From Trichoplax adhaerens (taxonomy: Eukaryota > Animalia > Placozoa), in NCBI RefSeq assembly GCF_000150275.1, contig NW_002060948.1, positions 2,596,180 through 2,660,179 of the forward strand: a stretch of 64,000 bases of DNA, read 5' to 3'. The position numbers and the translations under genes are program-made. Under the pieces are notes generated by a model. The model was not told the origin of the DNA, made no database searches, and saw only the letters and a program-made list of their open reading frames with translations. Positions 25,038 through 38,541 of the stretch are shown here, in pieces; position 1 is the stretch's first letter, and each line of letters begins with the position of its first letter.

Positions 25038-26636
25038 CTCATTGCCGATGTAGAATTTAAAACTAGTTAGATGAAGCAGTCGCTTTTGCTTACTACTTGA
25101 TAAAATTCTGATTATTAATTCAAGGGAATTATTAATAAAGGCTTACATAGATATATATGATGTATAATGCACATATACTGTCATTACTATATTTTATTAG
25201 AATAAACTAAAAGCTAATGCTATAATATACAGCTAATTCGGTTCTGTAATTTCTCGGTTTATTAGAATTTAATATATTTATATTTTATTCGAGCTGAAAT
25301 TGTCCCTACTAACTTACTTTATTTGATTTCTTTATGCTTGTAATCATAATATAGCATTTGCAGAATATTGGTCGGCATTACTATTATACATTCTTTATTG
25401 GAACGATTTATTTTTTAATTATATTGTATTGGTTAGTATACACGTATTATGTTTATGTACGTACGTGTACATGACTGTGAAGATTCCTAGACCCTTTGGT
25501 AATCATTTTGTATTCAAGGAGTATTTTGATATTAATTATTGAAACTTCTGCGGTTATTCTAAATTTTAAGATTTCTCTGATTTTATTGGCTTCCCTTAAA
25601 CCCAATGTATTAGAATTTCAAGGGCTGCTCCATACGGTTTCAAATGGCTGCTTTCAATGCAAATTATGTTGTTCCATCGTGCTTTAGTAGATATGTCTCT
25701 TTGTCTTTATAACTGATACTTACTATATCACTCATTGTCTTGTTTGCTGTTATTGTAATGCTAACATAACTATTTATTTTCTAACGGGAAATCAGTAATT
25801 GTCCCATAATTTCTAGCGCTGTGAAAGTACATAAGGTCAAATAAATGATAATATTTATATAGACTTTAATCTATGCGAAGGATACAATAATATTGTATTA
25901 TAAGCTATAATGTACGTATCAATTGCCGTTTGTAATACCAATGTCTGCACCATGCGCATGCATCTTATTAATAGCAAATACAATTAAATACTAACAACTG
26001 ATCCAATGCATCAGCAGCTATTAAGAGCTATTTAAGACCTTGAATTGAAAGAGTATCATACCTTATGGAAGCTATCGGTATTTTAGTGCATGATTGTTAA
26101 TTAACTCCGTAGGTCACGATATAGGATTAAACGTACCCCGAGGGAAAACTCTTGGATGAATTCTACTGTATTTTATTTGCATACAATAAGCCACGAGCTA
26201 TGAATAAATGGTCGAGAACAAGGCAATAGAAAGCAAGGATTATAGAAAATTTCACGGATTTGCAGATAAAATAATCTAACGATCAGATAGATATTGTAGT
26301 GAATTAAATGATGATATTTTACCCGTCTAGAATTATTCACAATTTTACCAAAGTTTTAATTTTATTAAGAGTAAGACAATACAGTATATACAGAAAAAAG
26401 ATGGCTACATTATTCCATGACATTGTTGATAGTGAAGTATAACGCCCGTCCCGCATATTACTACGTAAAGCTGAAGGGTAATTGTAATAAGATCTTGCAA
26501 CTTCTCAACGGTAGAATGAGAAGTTACAATGAATTGTAGTAGTTATTGCTTTTAAAGAGTATCTTTCCATACTTTCGTAGTTATAATTATATCCAGCTTA
26601 GCCAGATCGCCATAACGACTAATACTAGTGTTCATT

Positions 26637-27736
26637 TCATCTTACTTTTATAGACAGACCATGAATAAAGGGTATACCAACGCCAACTTTGCTCATATAA
26701 TCTAAATATTCTTGACCAAAAAATTGCAAAAGATAAGCTTCTTCATCTTGAATCCTTCCATTGAAGAAATTCCATGAGGCAAAAGCGTACCCAATACAGC
26801 AAATTGGGTTGCATAGGATAACCTATAAATGAATAATTCGGACTCTAATCAATCATAACATACAGTATACTGTACGTATGTGTCATATTTTGAAGTAATG
26901 GATATTACGTCAGTGATAGATAATACAGTAATATTAACAATTTCTGAAAGATAGGTTTTAAAAGAAAATGTTACAAATTACGGCATCAAACAATATCATG
27001 CGCAATAAGAAGATTCATGTAACGTTTTAGCCACTCATTAATAATAAGTCTACCTCACCTGAGTTCCTACACTCCACCAAAACCAACCAAAATAGGATGG
27101 GTGTCGGCATAACGAATAGACATCATGAGTTACTAGCTCGTGGGAAGATGCTTTCTTGGTAGCTACAACGTGACTGAAGTTTGATGCTGCAACAAACATA
27201 CTACGCTTACGTATAAATTCGCCGCAAACAGCCATGATAATTCCAATGCAACTTAGCCAATGTAATGACTTGAGTTGAGGGAAAAAATAAAGCTCGATAA
27301 AGTATTCAATCCAGCTAGAAACTGCTGCAATTCCATATTCCTTGCTATGATTCAGTAAAAAAGAATCCATACTTAATTTTTCAGCATTAAATAATGCTGT
27401 TGTAGCATATTCTGACCAATGGAAAAAGGATAATGACATTAAATAAAAGCCAAGATAACGTAAGTTCGTTCCATATACGACCAGGTACAAGCCAAAGCTG
27501 AAAACTAATCCTAAAAATGTAGCTGCTACCAATATCAATCCACCAGAACGAACACGATAAATAAGATTCGAGATCTTTAAAATACCAAGAGCAGCTATCA
27601 ACACAATGCCAATCAGAGTTGGTAGAGTACTAGCTATCACTATGTAAGGAAGTGGCAAGCCTAGCCCAATTAGAAAGCCCCATGTCGCAATACGTAATTC
27701 CCCCACAACCTCATATTGGCCATTTTTATTTGCCAT
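26637..27736 (-). CDS. ICMT: Protein-S-isoprenylcysteine O-methyltransferase, 2 exons (27736-27059, 26822-26637)
   Basis: Motifs FFHWSEY, DSFLLNHSKEY, NFSHVV, HELVTHDVYSLCRHPSYFGWFWWSVGTQ|VILCNPIC, RIQDEEAYLLQFFGQEYLDY and GIPFI. Confidence 0.96.
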
Positions 27737-28001
27737 CTTGATGAGGAACTACACAAATTATTCTTGAGGTTTTATTGCGTTTCTTCTACAGCTAGCCAAA
27801 TGTTTGCAATTATGATGAAACTGCTACTCTTACAAACTCCATCGAATGCACTATATGTATGCCGATGTACGATACACTGTATACTAATTAGGCCGTGTAC
27901 CCGCGACTATATTAATGCTTTCGCCGCGTTCAAATGAGCATGCGTCAAACTTTGCTTTTACCAAGGTAACCGTAGATTCTTTTCTCATAATCCAATTCAA
28001 A
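27737..28001. promoter_or_regulatory. Probable bidirectional promoter shared by ICMT and TMEM107
   Basis: Only 265 bp separate the two divergent ATGs (27736 and 28002). Confidence 0.7.
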
Positions 28002-29498
28002 ATGACACGGAATGCAATTGCAAGTTTAATCCCTGTTCGATTTCTAACGATAATTGCCCACCTAGCCTTAACTATATCCTTGTTTTGGACTAAGGTATGT
28101 CTACTGCGATGAAAAGGTTGACTAGGATTTTTAGAACGGTATCCAGTTATGCAAGATGCGTGTGTTATGGATAGATCATATTCGAATTTTGGAATGCCAT
28201 AACTTTGTCATTCTGCTATTATTTTAACGGTTAAATCTACATATCATAACAAGTACATTTATAATAATTCAAAAATTTTTCTTATTTATTGAAAGATTTT
28301 AGATTTAGTTCAGATAACAGAAAATACAAGAAATTTGTAATTCATAGTCGACTGTTATAATTAATTAAATGTATAGGTGTCGTCAATTAATCGGCGATAT
28401 TATCGAATTATCGTCTCTTACCAACTTAACTATCAATTACTATCGAAGGCACTTAAATTTTTTAAACCACTTTTACTCTATATGCGTTTTACTAAGTCAG
28501 CTAAAGCTATAGCTCTGTTTAAAATTTCAAGTATTAAATATCTCTGATATAATAGTATTAGTACAGCTTGATTATTTAATAAGTATAAAATTTAATAAAA
28601 GTAATACACAAGAATTAAATGCAACTGCGGGATTACGTGTTAATGAATAAACATATACACATTTCTCTAATAGGATGCAAATTTAAGATTGTGTTTGCCT
28701 ACCGGCTATACACAAGCTCAATATACTCAAAAGGATCTACAGTAAGCTATAGACTTTAATAAAATTAAAAGACGACGTTATTAATATTGAATTTTTCGAC
28801 TAGGCTAACCATAGGAGTGGCTGTAGCCTTGGGCTTAATTGCTATCGAATTGCTAAGCTTCGTCAGTGGGATATCAATATTCAACGTTTCCTGTAGTTTA
28901 TTCTGTATCCTATTAATCGTACATACTTAATAAATAGAGTATTGGGAGTAGAACTATCCAATAAACTATTAGTTCGCTACATTCTCGTATGTCTATATTT
29001 ATTCATAGAATTCTAACGTTAACTGATTATTATTTAACTTAACTTGCATTTAATACTTAAGCAATCGTTGCACACACTGGCGCCGCTTTCTCACTATCAT
29101 TTTACATAATAAATGCCTGGAATTGCGACACTTTTTGGTATATTCTTGCCTTCTGTTGGTGAGTATTCCTAATTGATAACCAACAATTGAAATATTTTCG
29201 AGCCAATCGCTTGCAGCGTTGTACCAAAAATTGTTCAATTTGTCTTAATTATATGTGATTACATCCTAAGTTTTTCGTTGTAAATAAGCAAGGTCGTCCG
29301 CTAAAGAAAATTTCTTCTATACTCTTATAAGTCTATAACACTTTAGATTAGTTAACCTGGTACAGTCTTATAAAATGATCCTCATAATAAATATTGAGCA
29401 GTATGATAATTGATATATCAATTGTGTCTTATAGTGCTTTGCCGGCGTTTGTAGAAATCTGCGTCATCTTTGCTGTATCTGTTCTGAAGGCAAGGTAG
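28002..29498 (+). CDS. TMEM107: Transmembrane protein 107 (ciliary transition zone, MKS module), 5 exons
   Basis: Exons 28002-28094, 28674-28741, 28804-28904, 29062-29158 and 29435-29498 give MTRNAIASLIPVRFLTIIAHLALTISLFWTKDANLRLCLP...IELLSFVSGISIFN...SIVAHTGAAFSLSFYIINAWNCDTFWYILAFCCALPAFVEI..., colinear with TMEM107. Confidence 0.93.
28905..29061 (+). other. Probable U12-type GT-AG intron in TMEM107
   Basis: 5' splice site GTATCCTA, branch-like ACTTAAC at ~29037-29043 about 19 nt before the AG, and no strong polypyrimidine tract. Confidence 0.8.
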
Positions 29499-30469
29499 CG
29501 ACAAGATGCCTACGTTATGATTGTACATAAAGAAAAGCAGCGTGGACAAATAATATCTTACAGTATTCATATTTTATAAACGGTTACTGTAATTTGTGTA
29601 TCACATAAGTCCTATTTATATCATTATCATTATACGAGCTCGTGTATATGCATATATGTGTAGATAATAAATCACTATACCTTGGAAGAATAGACGAATA
29701 ATAGTAAATTAAAAGGGAGTTTTCATACTTAATTTATAAATAACTCATAATTGAATGTAACTTCTCGTGGTGTAGCAATGACTACATTCCGATAATATAA
29801 TAAAAGTAAAGTACAAGAAATGACGATCAACAGGCTTCTGCATATTTGGTATAAATGGCACTTTTAAAGGTACTGGTATATCAATTTCAATCTGATTTGT
29901 GCTAGAATAGAAATAATTATTGAAAGAAAGACTGAAAATCTCCGTATAAATAGCACTGTCTGAAATTGAAACAGTCCTATTAACTGTAACTATTTTAGGA
30001 TATTAGGAGGCCATGAGTAAAATAGTTAATAAATTATACTATTCAATCATGGTAGTTTTTTACGAGTTACTGTACAGTGTAGAACTGTAACCAGCCTAGT
30101 AGGAGTCGCAATTTGGAATTTTATGTAGTAAAAATTTTGAGTACTCTTAATTGCTTCATCATTGAAGTTTAAAGACCTATGATTGCCGTAATAAAATTAC
30201 ATTGTAATGTTAGAATTGGTCCTCTTCAACTCATAGATACCATTGCTTCATAAATTTTATTGGTATTTCGGATAATTTAAATATATATATACACATTATA
30301 TTCCGATTTAATCTCTTTTAAACTTTCATCAGATTATCTTCCACTTTTCTGATGAAAAAGCAATGTGCGTCCCTTGATACTATAGTACGGTCAACGATGT
30401 AAGAGTATGCCCGTATTCTAGCGCTAGAGAGTAGTCATATTTACGATATATTATAAGTATGTTAGTATA

Positions 30470-31010
30470 TACGATTCTACGTTTTATTCCCACAACTCTT
30501 CCATTTCAATTATAATTATTCATGAATAAAATCACTGGGTCCAAGTTCCAATGGACCGACATTGGAACGTATAATGATAATAATTATAATTCAATAGTAA
30601 AATGTATATTACGGTCTACATTGCAAAACTCCATAGTACAGTATGTACGATTCTACGTTTTATTCCCACAACTCTTGTATTTCAATGATAATTATTCATG
30701 AATGAAATCACTGGGTCCTAGTTCCAATGGACCGACATTGGAACGTATAATGATAATAATTATAATATTCAATAGTAAAATGTACATTACGGTCAAAGTT
30801 TACATTGCAAAACTCTGTAGTACAGTATGTGCGATTCTACGTTTTATTCCCACAACTCTTGTATTTCAATGATAATTATTCATGAATGAAATTACTTGGT
30901 TCAAGTTCCAATGGACCGACATTGGAGCGTTTAACCATAATAATTAATAATTAATTATAATTCAATAGTAAAATGTGCGGTCAAAGTTCACTTTGCAAAA
31001 CTGTGTGGTG
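30470..31010. repeat. Three tandem ~180-bp units, each with a 9-bp-stem hairpin
   Basis: Units start at 30470, 30646 and 30830 (periods 176 and 184). The hairpin GTTCCAATG-GACCGA-CATTGGAAC lies at 30545, 30721 and 30905. Confidence 0.95.
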
Positions 31011-31589
31011 TATACTGTACTGTACACTGTACGGTACGGTACAGTATGTTGTTATTTGTTTCTATTGGCAATTAGCCTCGTTCTAATGAATGCCATTGAA
31101 GAGTAGAGCCATGATGGAGCAATCCGCAAATCTAAGGTTGGATACCAACAATGCAAATAAATTCCATGCATTTTCTTATCTGCCTTTTAAAGTACCGACG
31201 AGAGCATCTAGGTCGCATTAGGCCGCATGGTGTAGGCAATATGGCAGTAGAGTAACTAACTCTAATCATCATAATATGTATCGTTAAAGCGATGACTCGA
31301 TAGATTAATAAAGGTGCACTATACGAATACGTTCCACACTTGAAGGATGGGTTGATTGATTGCTTTCACTGGCTACAGGAAGCTTCCATGAAAGAATTCC
31401 AAAATAATCATGCTGTCAACAGTTGCTAACGGCTAAAAATAATGAATTATTGCGTCGATTACGCTCATTGCAGTCGATCTTAGCGGATTCAGTCATTTAG
31501 AGCCCATCTTTAGCCATTAACCTAACCTTGACTATAATTTTGCAACCAATGACGTCATCATTGGTGATCTGGTAAAAAAGGATTCCACT

Positions 31590-31860
31590 GTCAGTGTACT
31601 GTACTGTACAGTACAGCCACATGGCACAGCACTGTACTGTATTGTACTGTACTGTACAGTGTACAGTATGACAGTACACTATAGAGTATACTGTAGTACT
31701 GTACAGTATGATAGCGTAGCCTCAATCCCTCCCTACTCGAGTCTCTCTTCGATCTCTACAGTGTAGTACTCACCGTGCGCTGCCACTTGGTATTGTAGAA
31801 CTACAGTACCGTACTGTACTGAAAGGTCAAATGCGGTTTAAAAGTCCGGTACACTCGGTG
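31590..31860. promoter_or_regulatory. TACWG-rich island upstream of the ABCG gene (probable promoter)
   Basis: Dense TACAG/TACTG run including the perfect 18-bp palindrome CTGTACTGTACAGTACAG at 31599-31616. It is followed by candidate 5'-UTR exons (e.g. ~32055-32110, ending AG|GTACGT). Confidence 0.45.
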
Positions 31861-33450
31861 AATGAAGTTACTGTATTTCCAAAGAATTTTCCCCAAATTC
31901 TTTCGAGTCCTTTCCAATTTTAAAAAGGTTCTGTATATCATAAATTAGTGAGCAGGCAAGGAAGAAAAATACTAACGTAATCGCTTGGTTATTCTACGCT
32001 TTCCATTTTGGCTGTCAGTCATCCTTGTACCAGTTCAATTTTTAAATTTCCAGACGTAATCAGACACAACATCTGCGTTGAAGAAATACCGTGTAGTTTC
32101 CTTTAATAAGGTACGTGCGTCAATGACGAAATGATAGCGTTCATGATATTGTATTCACAGTTAATTAAAGTAAAAGGAATTCGTAAGACAAGGGTCTCTA
32201 CCTTATTTCCCTGTACTATATGCATGCTTTACTATGGGTAAAGTAATACAGATGTTTCACTTACTCAAACAGTGATAGGCTGGATAAGGTGGCTTAACAC
32301 GTACTGTACCTTTTCACTTTTTCAGTTAAAATAATAAAATCACTTTGGAACAAAATGTTATAAAATACTCCATCGATATCCTAATCGTTCGTTCTCACTT
32401 AATACAGTAGGCAATAATACACTATCAGCAGTAGCTAATGTCCATAACTGAGACAATTAATAGATGCACACACCTGCCAAATCGTTTTCATTTCATATTA
32501 CAAAGACAGTTAAGATCCCCAGCTGACTCAGCAGAATATCTTCCATTTTGAAGTGGCCGCGGAAGACTGGCGCTCTGACGTTAGCCTAACCGTACTGTAT
32601 GGACCATCATACGCGTATCGTACAATACCGAAATCGCAGCCATTAGGATGTCATTCATTTATAAATGGCTATAGTTAATTAACTCTCTAGTGGCTTTGTA
32701 TCAGGGACTAATAGATTTAGATTGTTTTCATATCGATTTTTATTTATCTGCTCTGTGGTCAAATGAAAAAGATAGAAACCTTTTTGGTTACAGAAATCAA
32801 TCTTAGTCTTGGTAACTGGACACAGGCATTTCACTATACAATTGTCGCATAACTTTGCAATTGCTGAAGTCAGACTAGTTATTAAAAATGTTTATTGTAC
32901 CCTTATCATGGATATACGAATATTGTACTGTAAATAAGAGAAATAACGTAGTCGGATATCTGTTCGTACTGTACTGTAGTTTAGGCAGTATTATCTGATC
33001 GTGCCTGTCCACTTTGATGTACTACATACCGAAATTTTCGTCTCTTGTCGGAGGACATTCTATTCACAAATTTACAATAGTTGTTTGCTTAGAACTTTAA
33101 CGTCAACATCAAGTTATTTTAAAGTCGAAATTGGCTATGCGGGAGCGTCTGCATCAGTGAGCTGCTCGAAGCCCTTTCTTCATGTCTCAGCGTACTCTGT
33201 ATCTAAGCCATACAAACGACTCCTTACATGCTTAGTAGTTAACCAACGTAGCCCTGTATTTTTGGGGGATGGCTTATTTTGTAGACCCCATCTGCGATAT
33301 CCCCTATAATAAGCTTTCACGAAGAGCTGTAATCCACTGTTCGCATAATCATTGATTATTACCATTATTTTTCTTATATATTATTGTAGCAGTTCGCCGT
33401 ACATAAGAAATATTGATCTCTAGAAACCATTCCCAGAGTACGAAAGCAAG

Positions 33451-36400
33451 ATGAGTTTCTCATTTGAAGATGTATCATATTCTTTACAAGGCAAGCCAAT
33501 CTTAAAGGACATCTCAGCTAATGTTAAAGTTGGTGAATTAGTTGCTCTGATGGGTCCCAGTGGTAAGTCGATAAGTTAATGCAACTGTAACGTTACGATG
33601 TGCTCGTACATAATCATTTGTAATTGATGTACTGTATTATGTCGCTAGTAAACGATACAGTACTGTGGAAAGATCCTGTAAATGGATGTGTAAAGTACAC
33701 GTCTTGCTTTAACATGGGAAAATATATGCGTTAATTGTTCAGTAGATGAGTAGAATATGAATGCTTATAGAACTTAGATATACTTGATAATTTTATAGTA
33801 AGATATGTAGGTATCTCATTTAAGTTATTTGTTTCATTAATTAGGGGCTGGTAAAACCACACTTTTGAAATTGCTCTCACATCGTGTCAAAGCGGATAAC
33901 GGCCGAATTGAAATTAATGATAGACGTTTAACTAGAAGACTTGCCCGACGAATTAGCTATGTTTTGCAGGAGGACGTCTTTTTTCAGAATAGTACCCTGA
34001 AAGAAACCTTAGAAGTACATAAGATATTGAGATTGCGCGTTATCATCTTAGAATATGTCTAAAAATTAGCGTTGACCGCTTTTGACTACTGTATGCATTT
34101 TAATTAATTACATCTTGCAGTAAACGAATTTACGCTTGCTTTGTATACTTAATTTATACCTTAACGCTATTGACATTTGTTTCATATGATGTTGATAAAA
34201 ATATCTTAGTTGTAGGCATATTATTAACCAAATAATTTCTGCGTTCATTACAGTTTTCGGCTAGGCTTAGACTCCCAGATACCATGAGCGTTGACGAAAA
34301 GTTACAGAAAGTAAAACATGTAGCGAAGACATTAAATCTAGACAAATGCTTAAATACAAGTTCGTATCTTCATTTACGATACATTTACCTGTAATCGCCT
34401 TGAGGATTGTAAAGCAACCGAGCAATTTTTTTTTAATTCTTTCATTTAAATTTTCATATTATACTTATCATTACAATCAACCATTCTGCTCTGTCTAGTC
34501 ATTGGAGGACCATTTCTTCATGGACTTTCTGGGGGTAACTGGGTAGATTAAGTTATAATAGCATATTGATTTACTGTTCATTTAGCAACTAAAAGCATAT
34601 TAATTGGCCTAGGCGAGAAGAAAAGAGCAAGCATAGCTTGTGAATTATTGACTGATCCTATACTTCTGTTACTGGACGTAAGTACATATACGTAAATAGG
34701 CTTTTCTGTCTTACCACTTGGTGAAGTTACGCTTTATTTGGTAATCATAATTTGCCGAATTGCACAGCTAGCTGGTACAATTACTGAATACTTTTACGTT
34801 TTATTAGGAACCAACATCTGGTTTAGACTCTACCAACGCTTTAAATTTAATGAACGTACTCAGAAATATAGTTTCTACAGAAAATCGAATGGCAATAGTT
34901 TCCATTCATCAGCCATCGAGTAAAATGTTTTACATGTTTGATAAATTAATCCTTCTTGGAGGTGGCAAACTCGCCTATTTTGGTCGCCCATCAGACGTTC
35001 TGGATTTTTTTAGCAGATGTGGTTTGCGTTGTATTGGTCATTATAATCCAGCCGATTATATCCGTAAGTACAGTGTGGAGTTTTACGTCAGAGTATTACT
35101 ATCAATTATTGTTTTGTTCAACTTGCCCACTGTATATTACTTAAATTTTTTCTCGTATGATTTAATCATTATGTATATTGGCTACCTAATGGTTAGTTGA
35201 AAAAGCTTGCGAAGGCGGAGACGGCTTTGACAATGTTGTGCAATGTTATAGTAAATATAGGAAGAGGTAATGTTATAAGGTAGTAAAGGTACTCGTTCAC
35301 TTCTGCTTACCTCTGTGAACAATTTACCACAACAAGTGTACATCTCTATGTTGTACGGATTTAGTACTTTTGGCTTACACGTCATAAACTGGCTAGTTTT
35401 AGTAATTGATTTTAATGTTCCCTAACAATAAAATATATATTGTTCTTATTGCTTGCACTTAGTACTGTAGGCGAGGTGCACCATAGCGAGAAAGTTGAAC
35501 ATACACAGATGTGGCAAAGGGTAAAAAAAGAAACTGTCCTGTCAAATAAACTCATAGATGGCCAACAAGAAAGCATTGAAGTAGTTATACGCGATCACGT
35601 AAACACGAAAAACCCCACTGTTGTGGATCGTGAAAATTACAACAACGTAAATATATATGTGTTATCCGTTGCTAAATGCAATATTGTAAACGTTTCCAAT
35701 TGATTGCCAAGTACTAAATTGGACGCTAACGAATTTAATATTAGCTAAGTGACGAGCGGTTCATAAGCGTTAAACAATATCTTAATTAAATTTTCTTCTC
35801 TGTGCCGCTAATACTTTCTGAGTGTAGATGTCGTTTACCGTATATTTCCACTACGTTAGGGATTTAATGGGATATCGAGTTCGAAGACAAATGGTACTAA
35901 TTCCGACAATAAATCCCATGACACTGAGATTGCCAACGGCATGACGGAGGCCGATGTTGAAGTGTGTATAGATGAAAGAATGAAGCGTTCATGGCCAACG
36001 TCATTCTTAACTCAATACACAACTATCTCTAGGAGAGCATTTATCCAAATTGTTAGGTTTATTCTTACAAAGCTAAAGGCTGTACAGGTATTACATTAAG
36101 CCATTTAATTACATCTTGCTTATTATTGCTAATATGATTGCGGACAAGTTGATAAAATATACCCATGACGATACTACAGATGCTTTTAATGGTGACTGTT
36201 GTTAGTGCAGTCTGGTTTCAAATACCTCGCAGAGAAGAATTCATGCAGTCTATATTTGGATATGTAAGTATGAGATGTTGCTCCTGCATAAAATCCTTAT
36301 GATACTATACTACGGGGGCTCAAAGTAATGAAACAAAACGTTTAATAACATAAAGTAATGTTTTGTCCTGAACTAGTACTTTTTCATCGTTACATTTTGG

Positions 36401-37372
36401 TCGTTCACTCCAATGTTTGACGCTTGTGTATCTTGTAAGTCTGTTATTATTTTTTAATATAAATATTATCTAAAATTTTATGCAAATTCATGCTTATTGA
36501 ATTTGAACATCCTACTTAATCATGAACTATATCAACTGTAGTTCCGTTGGAGAGAATTGTATTCGTAAAGGAAAGATCAGCTGGGATGTTTAGGATTTCG
36601 TCATATTTCGCTGCTAAAGTGACGAGTGAAATTCCAATTTACTTTATATGGCCCACGCTATTTTTTACGGTATCCTATTGGTGCTCCGGTGTTGGCGGAT
36701 TTACAACCTATATCATAACACTGATGATCCTCCTTGTTAACGTAATAACAGTGCAGGTAAAACTATTGGTGATATTTGCGAAAGTTTTACATACCATGTG
36801 CATTGTCCACTTACTCGTATTATTTGCTTGTATTCTGCAGGCAATAGGAATGTTCATAGGAGTTACTGTAAAAGACTTTCATAGATCTGTTGTAGTTGCT
36901 AGCGTTATGATGTTATCGTTCATGTTATTGGGTGGATTTTATAATCAGAGGATCCCAGTTTGGCTAACATGGTTTCGATACGTGTCTCCTGTCACGTACA
37001 GTTACTCTGCTATGTTGACTGTTAACTTTCATAATGAACCTCCTTTACGGTTAGTAGAAATATTAGTCTTTCTTAGCGGTAGATCATTATTTATAGCCCT
37101 TGTTACTGGTTTAGCGGATTAAATCATTGATGTTAAATTCCTTTAGGTGTGGTGTAGAATCATCGGTATTTCGTATCTGCCAAGGATTAAACACTACGGA
37201 ACTTTTATCTACTAACGGTACACAGAATCAGTTAATTACCGCAGACATGGCTTTAAATCAATTGCAAATTCTTCTCCCTGTTGGAGAAAATCTCGCAGTA
37301 CTCTTTGGTTTAGGATTATTCTTTAGAATTTTAGTTTACTATTCACTACGATATATGAATACACCGCAGTAA
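33451..37372 (+). CDS. ABC transporter subfamily G half-transporter (NBD-TMD, White/ABCG-like), multi-exon
   Basis: Walker A LMGPSG|AGKTT, Q-loop SYVLQED, signature LSGGEKKR, Walker B LLLLDEPTSGLD, H-loop SIHQPSS, YNPADY, then TMD motifs ERIVFVKERSAGMFRISSYF and LLGGFY...IPVWLTWFRYVS. The start codon is tentative. Confidence 0.93.
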
Positions 37373-38541
37373 ACAAAGCATGTACATGTTGGTAGAATTA
37401 TCTCACTAATCCAGTTAATACGGTATCAAATTCTTTCCAGCTGTTCCTTGTTGAATATTAACATATTCCTTAGTATATATGGGAAGGTATCATGCGATGC
37501 AATAGAAATGCTTTCGATATTGCTGCTTAATGCTTTACCTAGTAAGTCGCCTATGCGATGCTGTAATAAAAATTTTGTAAATGTCTATACTACTTTTATC
37601 GTTACTCCTATTCTCATTATGAAAACGTAAATAAAAATTCCACTCTGAAATTTAGACTGACAAACTGGTTATGCTCATCAATCTGTACTTTGAAACGGTA
37701 ACTTTATTAAAGTAGATGCTGTAAAATGCTGTACAATTATATCATAGACTACCAGAAAGCAATCCATGACGGCACCAACAGTCTCGCAGTCTAATAAGCA
37801 GTGTTGGTTAAATACTGTTAGTATATAAATTCATATGATTTAATTCTTGTAGCTAAAGGTGTCATTATAATTACTAGTAATTATAACTGTGCCTTCATCC
37901 AAGCTTAAGTAGTGATCCTCTCCATATGATGTGATATAAGTTAATAGGCTATCAAGATGGCATAATAGTTAAAGTTCTATGGACACGTTGATATGATTTA
38001 AGCTTGGACTTAAGGCAAGACAGGCTACAACGAAAAATGTCATGAAATTGATTGCAAGCTTCGGCATGATTTGACCAAAATTTTACAATTATCTTTCCCT
38101 AATTTCATATCAACAATTATACTGTAATAGGTTACTTCTACAAGGGACTTCTATGCGTATATACTATAGGTAACAATTCCTATAGCTATTTACGGCAGGT
38201 AGCGTTAAATATTATTCAAATATTAAATACAAGTATATCCTTCTATGTTCAATTGAATCGCATCTTTACGAATAGAAATCCAGTCGCCTATAAATCCTGT
38301 TCAATTTTAAGTAAAAGTTACTTCAATAAAGAAATATTTACATCTTAAATTATTGGTATGTACTGTACGCGCTGTATATTCGATATATTAAATATTGTAC
38401 ATAGACAGATCTGTTTAAGACACGAAACAAGGCAAAATGATTAAGAAACCAATAATGTGAATCAACGTGTAGCAATTTTTTCATTCATTAGCATTTTTCA
38501 TTAAAAGCGCTAGTTAGCGTGAATGCATTTAAGAATATGAT

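Noticed and set aside
33001-33365. Overlapping 102-aa and 61-aa ORFs upstream of the ABCG coding start
   Set aside because: They have no recognisable domain and are probably intron or 5'-UTR sequence of the ABCG gene.
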